From Chiloscyllium plagiosum (Eukaryota), in contig NC_057719.1 in assembly GCF_004010195.1 (NCBI RefSeq), positions 65,599,634-65,626,622 on the forward strand: a stretch of 26,989 bases of DNA, given 5' to 3'. How positions within the stretch are numbered: the stretch's first letter is position 1; every line of letters begins with the position of its first letter. Below are positions 10,282-21,311 of the stretch, piece after piece. The notes under the pieces were generated by a model. The model made no database searches and was not told the DNA's origin. It worked only from the letters and a program-made list of their open reading frames with translations. The position numbers and the translations under genes are program-made.

Positions 10282-12687
10282 ACAGGGAGGACAGATGAAC
10301 TCAAGGCATGGTTAGGAATGTGGGATTGAGATATCATAGCAATTTAGGAGGCATGGCTCAGGGATGGACAGGACTGGCAGCTTAATGTTCCAGGATACAA
10401 ATGCTACAGGAAGGATAAGAAAGGGGGGTGGGGGTAAGAGAGGAGGGGGAGTGGTGTTTTTGATAAAGCGTAGTATTATGGCTGTACTTAGGGAGGATAT
10501 TCCTGGGAATACATCCAGGGAACTTGTTTGGGTGGAACTGAGAAATAAAAAAGGGATGATCACCTTATCGGGATTGTATTGTAGAGCCCCCCAATAGTCA
10601 GCTGGAAATTAAGAAACAAATTTGTAAGGAGATCTCAGTTATCTGGAAGAATAATTGGTTGGTTACGATAGGGGATTTTAACTTTCCAAACATAGACTGG
10701 GACTGCCATAGTGTTATGGGTTTATCTGGAGAGGAATTTCTTAAGTGTGTACAAGACAAATCTCTGATTCAGTATGTGGATGTACCTACGAGAGAAGATG
10801 CAAACCTTGACCTACTCTTGGGAAATAAGGCAGGGCAGGTGACTGAGGTGTCAGCGGGGGAGCACTTTGGGGCCAGCGACCATAATTCTATTCGTTTTAA
10901 AATAGTGATAGAAAAGGATAGACCAGATCTAAAAGTTGAAGTTCTAAATTGGAGAAAGGCCAATTTTGGTGGTATTAGGCAAGTACTTTCAAAAGTTGAT
11001 TATAGACTGAAATTTGCAGGTAAAGGGAAGGCTAGAAAATGGAAAACCATCAAAAATGAGATAACAAGACTCCAGAGAAAGTACGTTCCTGTGAAAGGCA
11101 AGGTTGGTAGGTGTAGGGAATGCTGGATGACAAGAAAAATTGAGGTTTTGATTAAGAAAATGAAGGAAGCATATGTCACGTATAGACAGGAGTGATCAAG
11201 TGAATCCTTACAAGAGTATAAAGGCAGTAGGAATATATTTAAGAGGGAAATCAGGAGGGCAAAACGGGGACATGAGATAGCTTTGGCAATATTGTTAAGG
11301 AGAATCCAGAGGGATTCAATAAATAAATTAAGGATAAAAGGATAATGAGGGAGAGAATAGGGCCCCTCAAAGATGAGCAAGGCAACCTATGTGTGGAACT
11401 GCATGAGATGGAATAGTCAACATGGCTTTATATGTGGAAAATCATATCTCACGAGCTTGAGTTTTTTGAAGAAATATTGAAGAGGATTGATGAGGGCAGA
11501 ACAGTGGACATGATCTTAACGGACTTCAGTCAGGCATTCGACAAGGTTCCCCATGGGAGACTGGTTAGCAAGGTTAGAGCTCATGGAATACAGAGAGAAC
11601 TAGCCATTTGGATACAGAACTATCTCAAAGGTAGAAGATAGAGGGTTGTGGTGGAAGGTTGCCTTTCAGACTGGAGGTCTGTGACCATTGGAGTGCCACA
11701 AGGATCGGTGCTGGGTCTATTGCTTTTTGTCATTTATAATGATTTAGATATGAACCTAAGAGGTATTGTTAGTAACTTGGCAGATGACACCAAAATTGGA
11801 GGTGTAATGGACAGTGAAGAAGGTTATCTCAGAATACAATGGAATCTTGATCAGATGGGACAATGGGCTGAGGAGTGGCAGATAGTTAGTTAAGCGTGAG
11901 GTGCTGTATTTTGGAAAGGAAAATCTTTGTAGGATTTATACACTTAATGGTAAGGTCCTGGGGAGTGTTGCTGAACAAAGAGACCTCGAAGGTCAGGTTC
12001 ATAGTTCCTTGAAAGTGGAGTCGCAGGTAGATATGATAGTGAAGAAGGCATTTGGTATGCTTTCCTTTATTGGGCAAAGCATTGAGTACAGGAGTTGGGA
12101 GGACTTGTTGCGGCTGTACAGGACATTGACTAGTCCACTTTTGGAATATTATGTGCAATTCTGATCTCCCTCATATTGGAAGTTTGCTGTGAAACTTGAA
12201 AGGGTTCAGAAAAGATTTACAAGGATGTTGCTATGGTTGGAGGATTTGAGCTATAGGGCGAGGCTGAATAGGCTAGGACTGTATTCCTTGGAGTGTCAGA
12301 GGCTGAGGAGTGACATTATAGAGGTTTATAAAATCATGAGGGGCATGGATAGGGTAAATAGACACCCTTTTCCCTGGTTTGGGGGAGTATAGAATGAGAT
12401 GGCATAGGTTTAGGGTAAAAGGTGAAAAATTTAATGGGGACCTAAGGGCCAACTTTATTCACACAGTGTGTGGTACTTGTATGAAATGAGCTGCCAGAGG
12501 AAGTGGTGGAGGCTGGTACAATTGCAACATTTAAAAGGCATCTGAATGGGTATATAGGAGGGGTTTAAAAGGATGTGGGCCAAGTGCTGGCAAATGGGAC
12601 TTGACTAGGTTGGGATATCTGGTCAGCATGGACAAGTTGGACCGAAGGATCTGTTTCCGTGCTGTACATCACTATGATTCCATGACC
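10282..12687 (+). mobile_element. CR1 LINE, decayed ORF2 (APE endonuclease + RT) with internal deletion and 3' UTR
   Basis: APE motifs D-IIAI*EAWL, GGGV, IGDFNFPNIDW, LDLLL and SDHNSI. RT motifs DFSQAFDKVPH, GVPQGSVLG and LADDTK. C-terminal LERVQKRFTRM. Tail CTATGATTCCATGAC at about 12672-12686. Many stops and frameshifts. Confidence 0.96.
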
Positions 12688-13137
12688 GGATATATATCCA
12701 TCTCTGGCTTTAGTTGCTTTTAATTTTGTTTTTCTCACATCTCCACCAATCTGGAGGAATATTTTATTCTTGTTTGAGCTTCTTAATTTTCACTTCCTAC
12801 TGTCAGATTTCATACACTCTGGCAAATATATTCCCTGATTCTCATCTGTATTGTGTTCAAACCCAGGTCCTGACCCTGTTCCTTCTCCATCCACGTTCCT
12901 TGTAACTCTCACGAACGTAACAATGTTGAAGAAAAGCAAAAAATGTGCTGGAAGTTTCTAACATTTCCCAAAGATGATTACTTGGTTAATTGAGAACAGA
13001 ACAGATCCAGAATGCAGGTCACAACCAATGTTGCAAAGCAGAACTTGTAAAAGAAGGAAAAAGAGAGGTACTATTCAAGGTTATAGTCAACTTACAATTA
13101 ATATTGACTGAGGTGTGCCTAAATTTAATCAACTTTT

Positions 13138-13481
13138 GAATCCTTGAGAAAGAGGCCATTCAGCCTATTGTGTCTACACCAACCCTCTAAACAGCATTCC
13201 ACCCAGACCCACTCCCCCAGCCTATCCGCATAATCCTGCACTTTGCATGGTTAATCGATCTAGCCTGCACATCCCTGGATACTACAGGGAAATTTAGCAT
13301 GGCCAATCCACCTAACATGCGCATCTTTGGACAGTGGGAGGAAACTGGAGTACCCAGTTGAAACTCACATAGACATCAGAAGAACATACAAACTCCACAC
13401 AGACAGTCATCAAAGTCTGGAATTGAATCTAGGTCCTGGCACTGCAAGACAGCAAAACTGACCACTGAGCCGACTGTGTCC
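13138..13481 (-). mobile_element. tRNA-derived SINE, HE1/V-SINE-like
   Basis: Minus-strand head has A-box-like GGCTCAGTGG (13462-13471) and B-box-like GATTCAATTCC (13419-13429). Core TGTGTGGAGTTTGTATGTTCT...CCAGTTTCCTCCCAC...CAAAGATG matches the shark HE1/V-SINE pattern (recall). Tail GCTGAATGGCCT is CR1-like. Confidence 0.85.
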
Positions 13482-14374
13482 GTCTGTGTTTTTGACAGTT
13501 ACACATGAACACAATAAATAGAATTTTAAACAATGTCAAAGTTAGATTCTTGCTGGAAATTTTAGTTTAATGCAAAAGATAGTAGTTAAGAGGTTAAAAA
13601 TTATGTTTCAATCTATTGCCATTTACAGTCCATGTGTGTTCTCACAGGAGCTGTGGTAAGACATAACCACAATGTATCATCTCCATATGTCTGATCAGAC
13701 CCCTGTGATTCTCCCACCCTGTGGGAAAAAAAGTCTATCCAGAATGTTTGAAAACAGCTCCAGTTACAAGAATGTCAATCCAAACCTTATTTTCTTGAAA
13801 TACAAATTTGTAGCCAGAAAAAGTAATCAGAGTCTGTGAAATGCAAGACTTCACCCAGTAATGGCTACTAATTGATCATCAGTCAGGTCGTTAGGTCCAA
13901 CTCTGTAGATATCCCATGGGTTTGAACAACATCCTGTATTTATTCCACTATACAACCTAATCACAAACAGTATTCTGTTATAAAGCAGTAACACTTGGTT
14001 GTGTTATTGCAGCGTCTACGACAACTCTGCCATTTTTTTTAATTACTCTCCCATGTGAGGATACATATTCCAGTGTCTTTTCCTAACAAGAATGATTTTC
14101 CTATGCAAACATCTCACTTGGAGAAAATGTAAGACCTTTGATTGATTCAGCAAATGAATGATATATCTGCCACTTCAGTTCCAAAAACATGTGGTAAAAG
14201 AGTTCCCAATGAAAAGAAGTGCACCAAACATGCACTCCCCATAACAGAGCATGTTGGAAACTCCAAAGTCTCAAAAGAGTCTTGTCAATGACTTTTTGAC
14301 CAATCCAACAACATTTTTGCTTGACTTCTGGGTTTCCCACCATATTGGGATCAAGCCACTGTGGTCAATTTCAA

Positions 14375-14620
14375 AAAACAAAGAACAAAGAAAATTTACA
14401 GCCCAGGAACAAGCCCTTCGGCCCTCCAAACCTGTGCTGATCCAAATCCACTATCTAAACCTATCACCCAATTCCTAAGGATCTGAATCCCTCTGCTCCC
14501 CACCTACTCATGCATCTGTCCAGACACACCTTAAATTAATCTACTGTGCCTGCCTCTACTACCTCTGCTGGCAACACATTCCAGGCACCTACTACCCTCT
14601 GTGTAAAGTATTTTCTGTGT
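14375..14620 (-). mobile_element. CR1 LINE 3' fragment with (TCTTTGT)n tail
   Basis: Alignable to 6685-6920 (AACAAAGAACAAAGAAAAT...TGCCTCTAC...CTGCTGGCAA...TTCCAGGCACC). Probable 8-bp TSD AATTTCAA at 14367-14374 and 14621-14628. Confidence 0.88.
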
Positions 14621-14723
14621 AATTTCAACTCAATTATTTAATTGATTTAAATGATTGATTCAATTATTAATTTAATAGGAACTGTGTGAGGATCAGAATT
14701 AAAGTGCAATAGAGTTTGTCTGT

Positions 14724-14915
14724 TGCTGAAAAGTAAAATAAATCACTGAAGCTTTGGTCTTACACTTATCAGGACAAATGCGAGAATGCCATATTTCAAA
14801 TGATCACAACATTTCAGCTGTACTGCAAATTACAATCCTTTGAAATTTGGAATTCTTCCATTTGTTTTGATGAGCGCAAGATAAAACGTGTTGCAACATG
14901 CTCCTCTTTTCAGCA
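14724..14915. repeat. Old imperfect inverted repeat with two degenerate HHR-like cores (PLE terminal-repeat relic)
   Basis: 14724-14804 pairs with 14835-14915; e.g. TCTTACACTTATCAGGACAAATGCGAGAATGCCATATTTCAAATGAT vs revcomp TCTTGCGCTCATCAAAACAAATGGAAGAATTCCAAATTTCAAAGGAT. The arms read CTGATAA-GTGTAAGAC-CAAAGC (-) and TTGATGA-GCGCAAGAT-AAAAC (+). Confidence 0.6.
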
Positions 14916-17774
14916 GTTTTCAAATTCCATACTATCAGGCTTCTTAAAGATTTAAGAGTTTTGAGACTGACCCGAGGTTGCAGAAATGGAAGCTCAATTT
15001 TAAGTCAGCATCACACATCAGTGATGTCTTCATGGGCATGAAGCTACAGACAGTAAGTACTATCAGGAAGATTCTGATCCCTGTGGATGGGAGACAGTGG
15101 GTTGCCCCTGTTCAGCAGTAGGTGTCTCAGTCACAGATATAATGCCACCCACCACATGATTGGCAGGACACCGATCCAGAAATGACTGAAGAACTATAAT
15201 TCAGGCATCCTACTCGAGAGTAATGATTAGCTGTCTTGTGAACTCATTTATACAATTGAATTCTTTGCCCTTCATTGATAACTTGTTCTTGAAATTTGCC
15301 ACAATGTTTCACTATGAAACATTGCCGCCAGACTTCCCATTTCATCTGTGACACCCCACGTTTAAATTTTGACCTTTGTTTTTGAAATTCTTTAACACGC
15401 CAAGTCTTAAAGTTTATATGTGCAATTCCCTTAAACATACCTTAGTTAGGCAGGGATCCTTGCCAGTGGATCATTTACAATTCAATCTCATTCCTTCACA
15501 AGTTAAGGAAAAATAAATTTAAAGCAGGCAGCGGTCCAATAATAAAACTACTAAACATTTTCATTATAATTCTGAGGTTAAATGTATGAATCATAATTTG
15601 TCTGTCACGCATCCAAGCCTGGCACCTTTGCCAGAAGTTGACCTTTATAGAAATAGAAACTGAATTTGGTTGTATTGTGCCATCTTACTTTGGAAGAACA
15701 TTAATATGCATCACCTTATTGTCCAGCTCCAAGTGGAAATTTCACCTTCAGCCAAGAGCTGCTTTCGTTCCCTCAGTAGAACCAGCAGAAGAGGTGCTGT
15801 CATATAAGGTCAGCTTGCTGTCCCCTCATGGTTGATAACCACCTTGGAAAATGAACTTGCACAAATGGTGTCACAGCTGTCCAATAAGCTGTGCTCCAAA
15901 AAATTACAAGGAATGCTGGAGTGTTGAAAGGGGTAGGGGGAATGGCACTGGCTCCATAGAGCATGAGCCTGACATCCTCCTATTGAAAGGCAGCACTTGT
16001 CCACCCACCACTGTCACTTCATCAGTATAGTTATTACTATCAGGCAACTCAGACGGCAATGTTTCCATGTTGATCTTTGTTACATAAGGAGGGGGGTGTT
16101 CAAGTGCAGGGAGCTGCACTAGAGGGAACCCAGATAAAGTGGATAGATAAATGGAAAGGAAAAAGTCTTTGAAATGTTAAATAAGCAGGTCGTGAGTTTT
16201 GTAAGAAATAATCCATGATTCAAAATGAATGATGATAAATATATATTAATTGATCATTATTATATTGTTAACTTCCTAAGTGTGGTAATCCTGAAAGTGG
16301 ATATCAGTGGATAAGTGAAAGCAGGGATTGAAAGATGGATGACGGCCTTCAGGCGTGAGGTCAGTATCATCAATGTGGAGTTTCTGAAAGTCAAATTCAA
16401 GGAGCTAGGTGATGGAAGAAACATTGACAGTCAAAGGAGGCCATCAGTAATGTAATCAGTAGGAAGACAAAGGAAAGGGAATTATAGCTTTACTCTAAGA
16501 ATATCTACTGACCATGTTCGAAAGTAGACATGCCGTAGTAATGTCAAATCACATGGAACTGAAGCCTGCGTTTGCAGAGCTCCAAGGAATTTGTCCTCTC
16601 TTACTATCTTCTATGTTTATAGTCAAGAAACATATATTCAATAAAACTTGTTACTGCACACTCACTAGAGTGTAGGCCTCTGATAATACAGTCCACTGTA
16701 GGATGGGGCGTTTGAATGTATCATGGGTTACAGGAACAAACAAAACATGGAAAAGGATAATTAGAAGGTTCAGGACCAGAATAGACATTGGGATTGTTAC
16801 GGGTGTAGACACAGGAGGGAAATAGCATGTAATAGGGCTCTGAGTAATAGAGGGAGGTTCATGGTTAACAGAGCTCAGGAAGAGGAAATATTATGTTGGG
16901 ACAAAGGTAAAGGAAGTTGTGCCATGAAGAGGATTTGACCAAAAAGACAGCGACCTCATCCTCCTTCTTGCAACGTAGAGATCTTCTCTGAGTCCCTTTG
17001 TTTATGTGATTTTTAAAATTCATTGTTGGGATGTGGGCATCACTGGCAAAATCAACATATATTGTACCCATCCCTAATTGTCCTGGAGAAGGTAATGGTG
17101 AGCCATCTTCTTGAACTGCTGTAGTTTTTGGTGTGTAGGTACATCCACAGTGCTCACAGGAAGAAAATTTCAGGAGTTTGACCACATGACCATGAAGGTA
17201 TTGTACTATAGTTCCAGGTCAGGATGGTGTGTGGCTTGGAGGGGTGCTTGCTGATGATATTATTACCATGGATCTGCAGCCCTTGCCCTTTCCAATTAGT
17301 AGAGGTCATGGGTTTGGAAAGTTCATTTGGAAGTTCCTGAGAGATCTGCTGCAGTACATCTTATAGATGGAAACACATCTTTCACTGTGTGTTGGTGGTA
17401 AAGGGAGTGAATGTCGAGGGTGGTGGATGGGGTGCCAGTCAGTGTGGGTAGCTTTGTCCCGGGTGGTGTTGAAATTCTTCATCACTATTGGAGCTGCACC
17501 ATCCAGTTTTGAATTACAATCCTGTCTTGTGCTTTATAGGCAGTGGATAGCTTCAATGTGTCAGGTGGTGAGTTTCTTGCCACAGAATTCTCAGTCCCTG
17601 ATGTATCCTTTCGCCACAGTATTTATATATATGTACCAACCCAGGTTCTAGTCAATGGTAGTCCACAGGGTATTGATCATAAGGATTAGGTGAAGTTCAT
17701 TTCATTGAAAATCAATGGGCAATCGCTAGGTTCTTGTTGGAGATGGCCATTGTCTGGCACATATGTGGCATAAT

Positions 17775-18163
17775 TTTTTATTTATCTCACTCATGAGATT
17801 TGGGCATTGCTGTCTGGGCCAGCGTTCATTGCCCTTTCTTAGTTGCCCTTGAAGAAGGTGGCGGTGAGCTGCCTTTTGATGTGCGTGCACTCATCGTGGT
17901 GTAGGGAGGGAGTTCTGGAATTTTGACCCAGTGTTGCTGAAGAAATGGCAATATGTTTCCAAAGTAAAAACAATGACTGCAGATGCTGGAAACCAGATTC
18001 TGGATTAGAGTGGTGCTGGAAAAGCACAGCAGTTCAGAGAGTATCCGAGGAGCAGTAAAGACAACGATTCGGGCAAAATCCCTCCATCAGGAATACAGGC
18101 AGGGGGGGGAGGGGGGAGTTTCCAAGTGTGGATGATAAGTGGCCTGGAGAAGGGCTTGCAGGG
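17775..18163 (-). mobile_element. Second 3'-end copy of the same LINE family inserted in the first
   Basis: GATTTGGGCATTGCTG...TTGCCCTTGAAGAAGGTGGCGGTGAGCTGCCTTTTGA...TTTTGACCCAG...TTCCAAGT aligns to 17030-17250. Confidence 0.75.
17963..18117 (-). mobile_element. Short HHR-bearing PLE-type insertion (same family as 5336-5484)
   Basis: Reverse complement of 5345-5484 (CCAGAATCTGGTTTCCAGCATCTGCAGTCATTGTTTTTAC is identical). Degenerate HHR CTGATGG-AGGGATTTTGCCC-GAATCGTT at 18063-18090. Direct repeat GTTTCCAA at 17955-17962 and 18118-18125. Confidence 0.85.
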
Positions 18164-19600
18164 TTGCCAGTTGTCAGCCCAAGGCTGGATAGTGTCCGAA
18201 TCTGGTTGCATTTGGATATGGACTGCTTCGATATCTGAGCAGTTGTGAATCTACAACAAACATCCCCACTTCTGACCTAATGATAAAGAGAAGGTGAATA
18301 CTGATGGACATTGGGTGTGACTCGTAGACTAGTCTATGTGATATCATTAAGGCAACTAATATTAGCATTAATATAATTAACAACACAGAGGTTTATTTAA
18401 AATTTTCTGCCAGGTCTATCATCTTTTTCTGCTTTGCAAGAAAGGGAATCCAGAAAAAAGATAATAAAATCAGTATTACCAGTGATTATGATTTATTTGT
18501 TTCATTGAAGTTTGAGTTTTCTCAACTGTGGGCATCCAGAATGTCAGATCAAGACATTCCAGAAGACCTTAATATATTTCATCCAATTACATATTTGAAA
18601 TTAATGAGTTCCTAAAATCTAACTGGCACATTATTAAACTCAACCAAACATTAGTTCCTTACAGATATGCAGAACTGTAATGCTTCACATTTCAGGCCTG
18701 AACTCCCAAAATGCAGGCAAATTAAAATAAAAGAAACTCTATGCCCCCTTTTGCTCGTAAAATGCATGAAAACTTTTTTTTAAAAGTCTCTTCTGTTTAA
18801 AAAAATGTTCCTTTGGAATTAACTCAGAGATGTGTTCTTGCCTTTCCTGTGTAAGCTGTCACTTTCCTGCATGCCAGTTGTACAAACAGAACCTTGCACA
18901 TTCCACAATTTATGGAATGGAGGTGACAAAAGCCACAGAACAAGTTTCATTCAGTGTGTGCAATCTTAAATGTCCCATGTGAGGGCAAACAGCAGACTGC
19001 CATTACCCTGAACCAATCATATATTTACTTTGACATTTTGTTTCTTCAGCTAATGATCTATATCTACCTGCTATTTACTTCACTGCAGGTTATAGTGATA
19101 CATTTATCATTCCTGGTATACATTACTAAATAGTTTTGCTTTGCATGTGCTGGCTTATTCCAGCCAGTGCCAGGCCAGACTGGTGCACCCAGAGACCCAT
19201 GCTGCTGCACTGACATGTCATGTCTCAAAAACGTTTGATTCCCTCTGTTGGACAGAGAGTGAATGCACGCATGCAAACAAAACAAAATCAATCAGAACCA
19301 ATACTTTCAGCACTTGTGAAGTGCAGATCTGGAACAATGTATTAAGGATCAATTAATATATAGTTATCACCAGTCATTTTGAATCATGGACCATTTCTTA
19401 CAAAATGTCTCTGCCTGCTTATTTGATATTTAAAGGACTTTTACTTTTACACTTGTCTCTTCCCTTTATCTGGGATCTATTTATTTTTTGTCTGTAGACT
19501 TAATTGTAAGTGCCATATTAAAACACTTTCTCCCAAATATTTTTCCAAAGGCAAGTTACGCAGGAAAAAAGGTCAAATTCAACATTAGAAAAAAAATTAA

Positions 19601-19850
19601 GCATAGCAAATTAAGGGGGGGTAGGTATAGGACAGATGTTAGGGTTAGGTTCTTTACTCAGCGAGTCGTGAGTTCATGGAATGCCCTGCCAGTAGCAGTG
19701 GTGGACTCTCCCTCATTATGGGCATTTAAGCGGGCATTGGATAGGCATATGGAGGATAGTGGGCTAGTGTAGGTTAGGTGGGCTTGGATCGGCGCAACAT
19801 CGAGGGCCGAAGGGCCTGTACTGCGCTGTATTCTTCTATGTTCTATGTTC
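19601..19850 (+). mobile_element. CR1 3' fragment, same young subfamily as 3074-3868
   Basis: Encodes RYRTDVRVRFFTQRVVSSWNALPVAVVDSPSLWAFKRALDRHMEDSGLV*, nearly identical to the end of ORF 3164..3868. Tail TTCTATGTTCTATGTTC. Confidence 0.93.
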
Positions 19851-19869
19851 AAATGTGAAATGGAAAGTG

Positions 19870-20002
19870 AAACATTTGGAAAGGAGAAATTTGCCAAAGT
19901 GTGAGCAAAGAGCAGAGTAGCAGGACCACGCTGACAGCTCCTTCAAAAAGCTGGTACAGGTGCAAAGGGCCAAATGGTCTTCTTTGGTCTTGTATGATTT
20001 GA
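19870..20002 (+). mobile_element. Old CR1-type 3' UTR fragment
   Basis: GGTACAGGTGCAAAGGGCCAAATGGTCTTCTT...TGTATGATT resembles the GGGCCGAA-GGCCT...CTGTA terminal motif of the other CR1 tails. Confidence 0.5.
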
Positions 20003-20696
20003 TAAACTGCTCACTGAAATACAGACCAACTCAACTGCTGTCCTCTGAAGTGACTTTCTAGATGCATTCCTCAGCACACACCAGTCAGGGTCTAATTGTG
20101 ACTTGCTGTGCTCCAAACAACTTTGTATAGCAGTGAGGTTTAGGTTAGCAGGAGGGACAATACACAGAGGGCAGCTCATCCATAAATACTTCAGGTAAGA
20201 AGTACAAGAAAGAAAGAAAAAGCTGATGAAGTCACTGTAGCGTGACTGGAATGATGAGCGTTCAAATGCAGGACACAGTAGGCATCCGATGTCAGAAATG
20301 CAGCACTACTAACCCCTCCTCCACTCTCCCAGCATCCAATGCATGGAAAGAAAACTCTACTTTTATAAAGCAATCACCCATTGCACATCATCTAATAGTC
20401 CCCATCAATTCATGGCTTCCCAAGTAAGTTAAAATGCAACTTGCAATGAGGATGGGCAAGATAGGAAACCAGTGAAATCTAATAAGGTTTTTGTAATTCT
20501 ACAGAAAAACTGAAACATCACTTCAGAATATTTATGTCTGTGCATGTAAAATCTGCAAAGCTATTCCCTTCCTTTTCCAGCCATTCCCACAGAGTGTTCC
20601 CACTCGAGATAGAGGCAGGCTGCTGAGTTTGAGCAACGCTTTGAGTTTTGCAACACTGGAGCCGAAGACTATGCTGAGCCAGGGTCATCATATTCA

Positions 20697-21311
20697 GAGA
20701 GTCATATAGCATGGAAATAGACTCTTCGGCCCAACCAGTCCATGCTGACCATTGTCCCAAACTAAACTAGTCCCACTTGCCTGTGCTTGGCCCATATCCC
20801 TCCAAACATTTCTTGTTTGTGTAATTGTCTGAATGTCTTCTAAACAGCGCAATCATAGCCATATCCACCACTTCCTCTGGAAGTACATTCAACACACGAA
20901 CTACTTTCTCCATAAAAATAATTTGCCCCTTGTGTCTTTTTTAAATCTTTAACCTCTCACCTTAAAACTATGACACCCCCCAGTCTTGAAATCTCCCACT
21001 CTCGGGAAAAGATACCTGCCATTCACCTTATCTATACCCCTCATGATTTTATAAACCTCTATAAGGTCACCCCTCAACCTCTCACGTTTCAGTGAACAAA
21101 GTTCCAGCGTATCCATCCCCTCGTTGTAATTCAAACCATTTCCAGCAACATCCTGGTAAATCCTGAAACCTAATGAGCTGAATAATATTCTTCCTAATGC
21201 AGGGTGACCAGAACTCAGTACTCCAGAAGAGGCCTTACTGATACTCTGTACAACCTCAACATTACTTCCTAACTCTTATACACCGTACTCAAAGTCTGAG
21301 TAATGAAGGCA
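20697..21311 (-). mobile_element. CR1 LINE 3' fragment
   Basis: ORF 20949..21134 reads RLRGDLIEVYKIMRGIDKVN. The 3' UTR aligns to 24970-25200. Confidence 0.9.

Larger units (their letters stand above)
17009..18320 (-). mobile_element. Second CR1-clade LINE family, decayed RT/C-terminus and 3' end, split by nested insertions
   Basis: Minus translation gives IIRSEVGMF...MQPDSDTIQPWADNWQ (18164-18290), continuing as IMPHMCQTMAISNKN (below 17774). The 3' end near 17010-17060 reads FASDAHIP. Confidence 0.75.

Noticed and set aside
10422..10455. G-run cluster as a functional G-quadruplex
   Set aside because: It simply encodes the GGGGKRGGGV segment of the CR1 endonuclease.
13410..13481. tRNA gene (A/B boxes)
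   Set aside because: It is the decayed head of a SINE, continuous with the SINE core and tail, and no cloverleaf is evident.
15755..15780. Hammerhead-like CTGAGGG-AAC-GAAAGC on the - strand
   Set aside because: The seventh core base is wrong and there is no room for helix II.
19488..19772. 94-aa ORF as a chimeric new gene
   Set aside because: It is chance read-through from AT-rich flank, with a non-ATG start, into a CR1 3' fragment.
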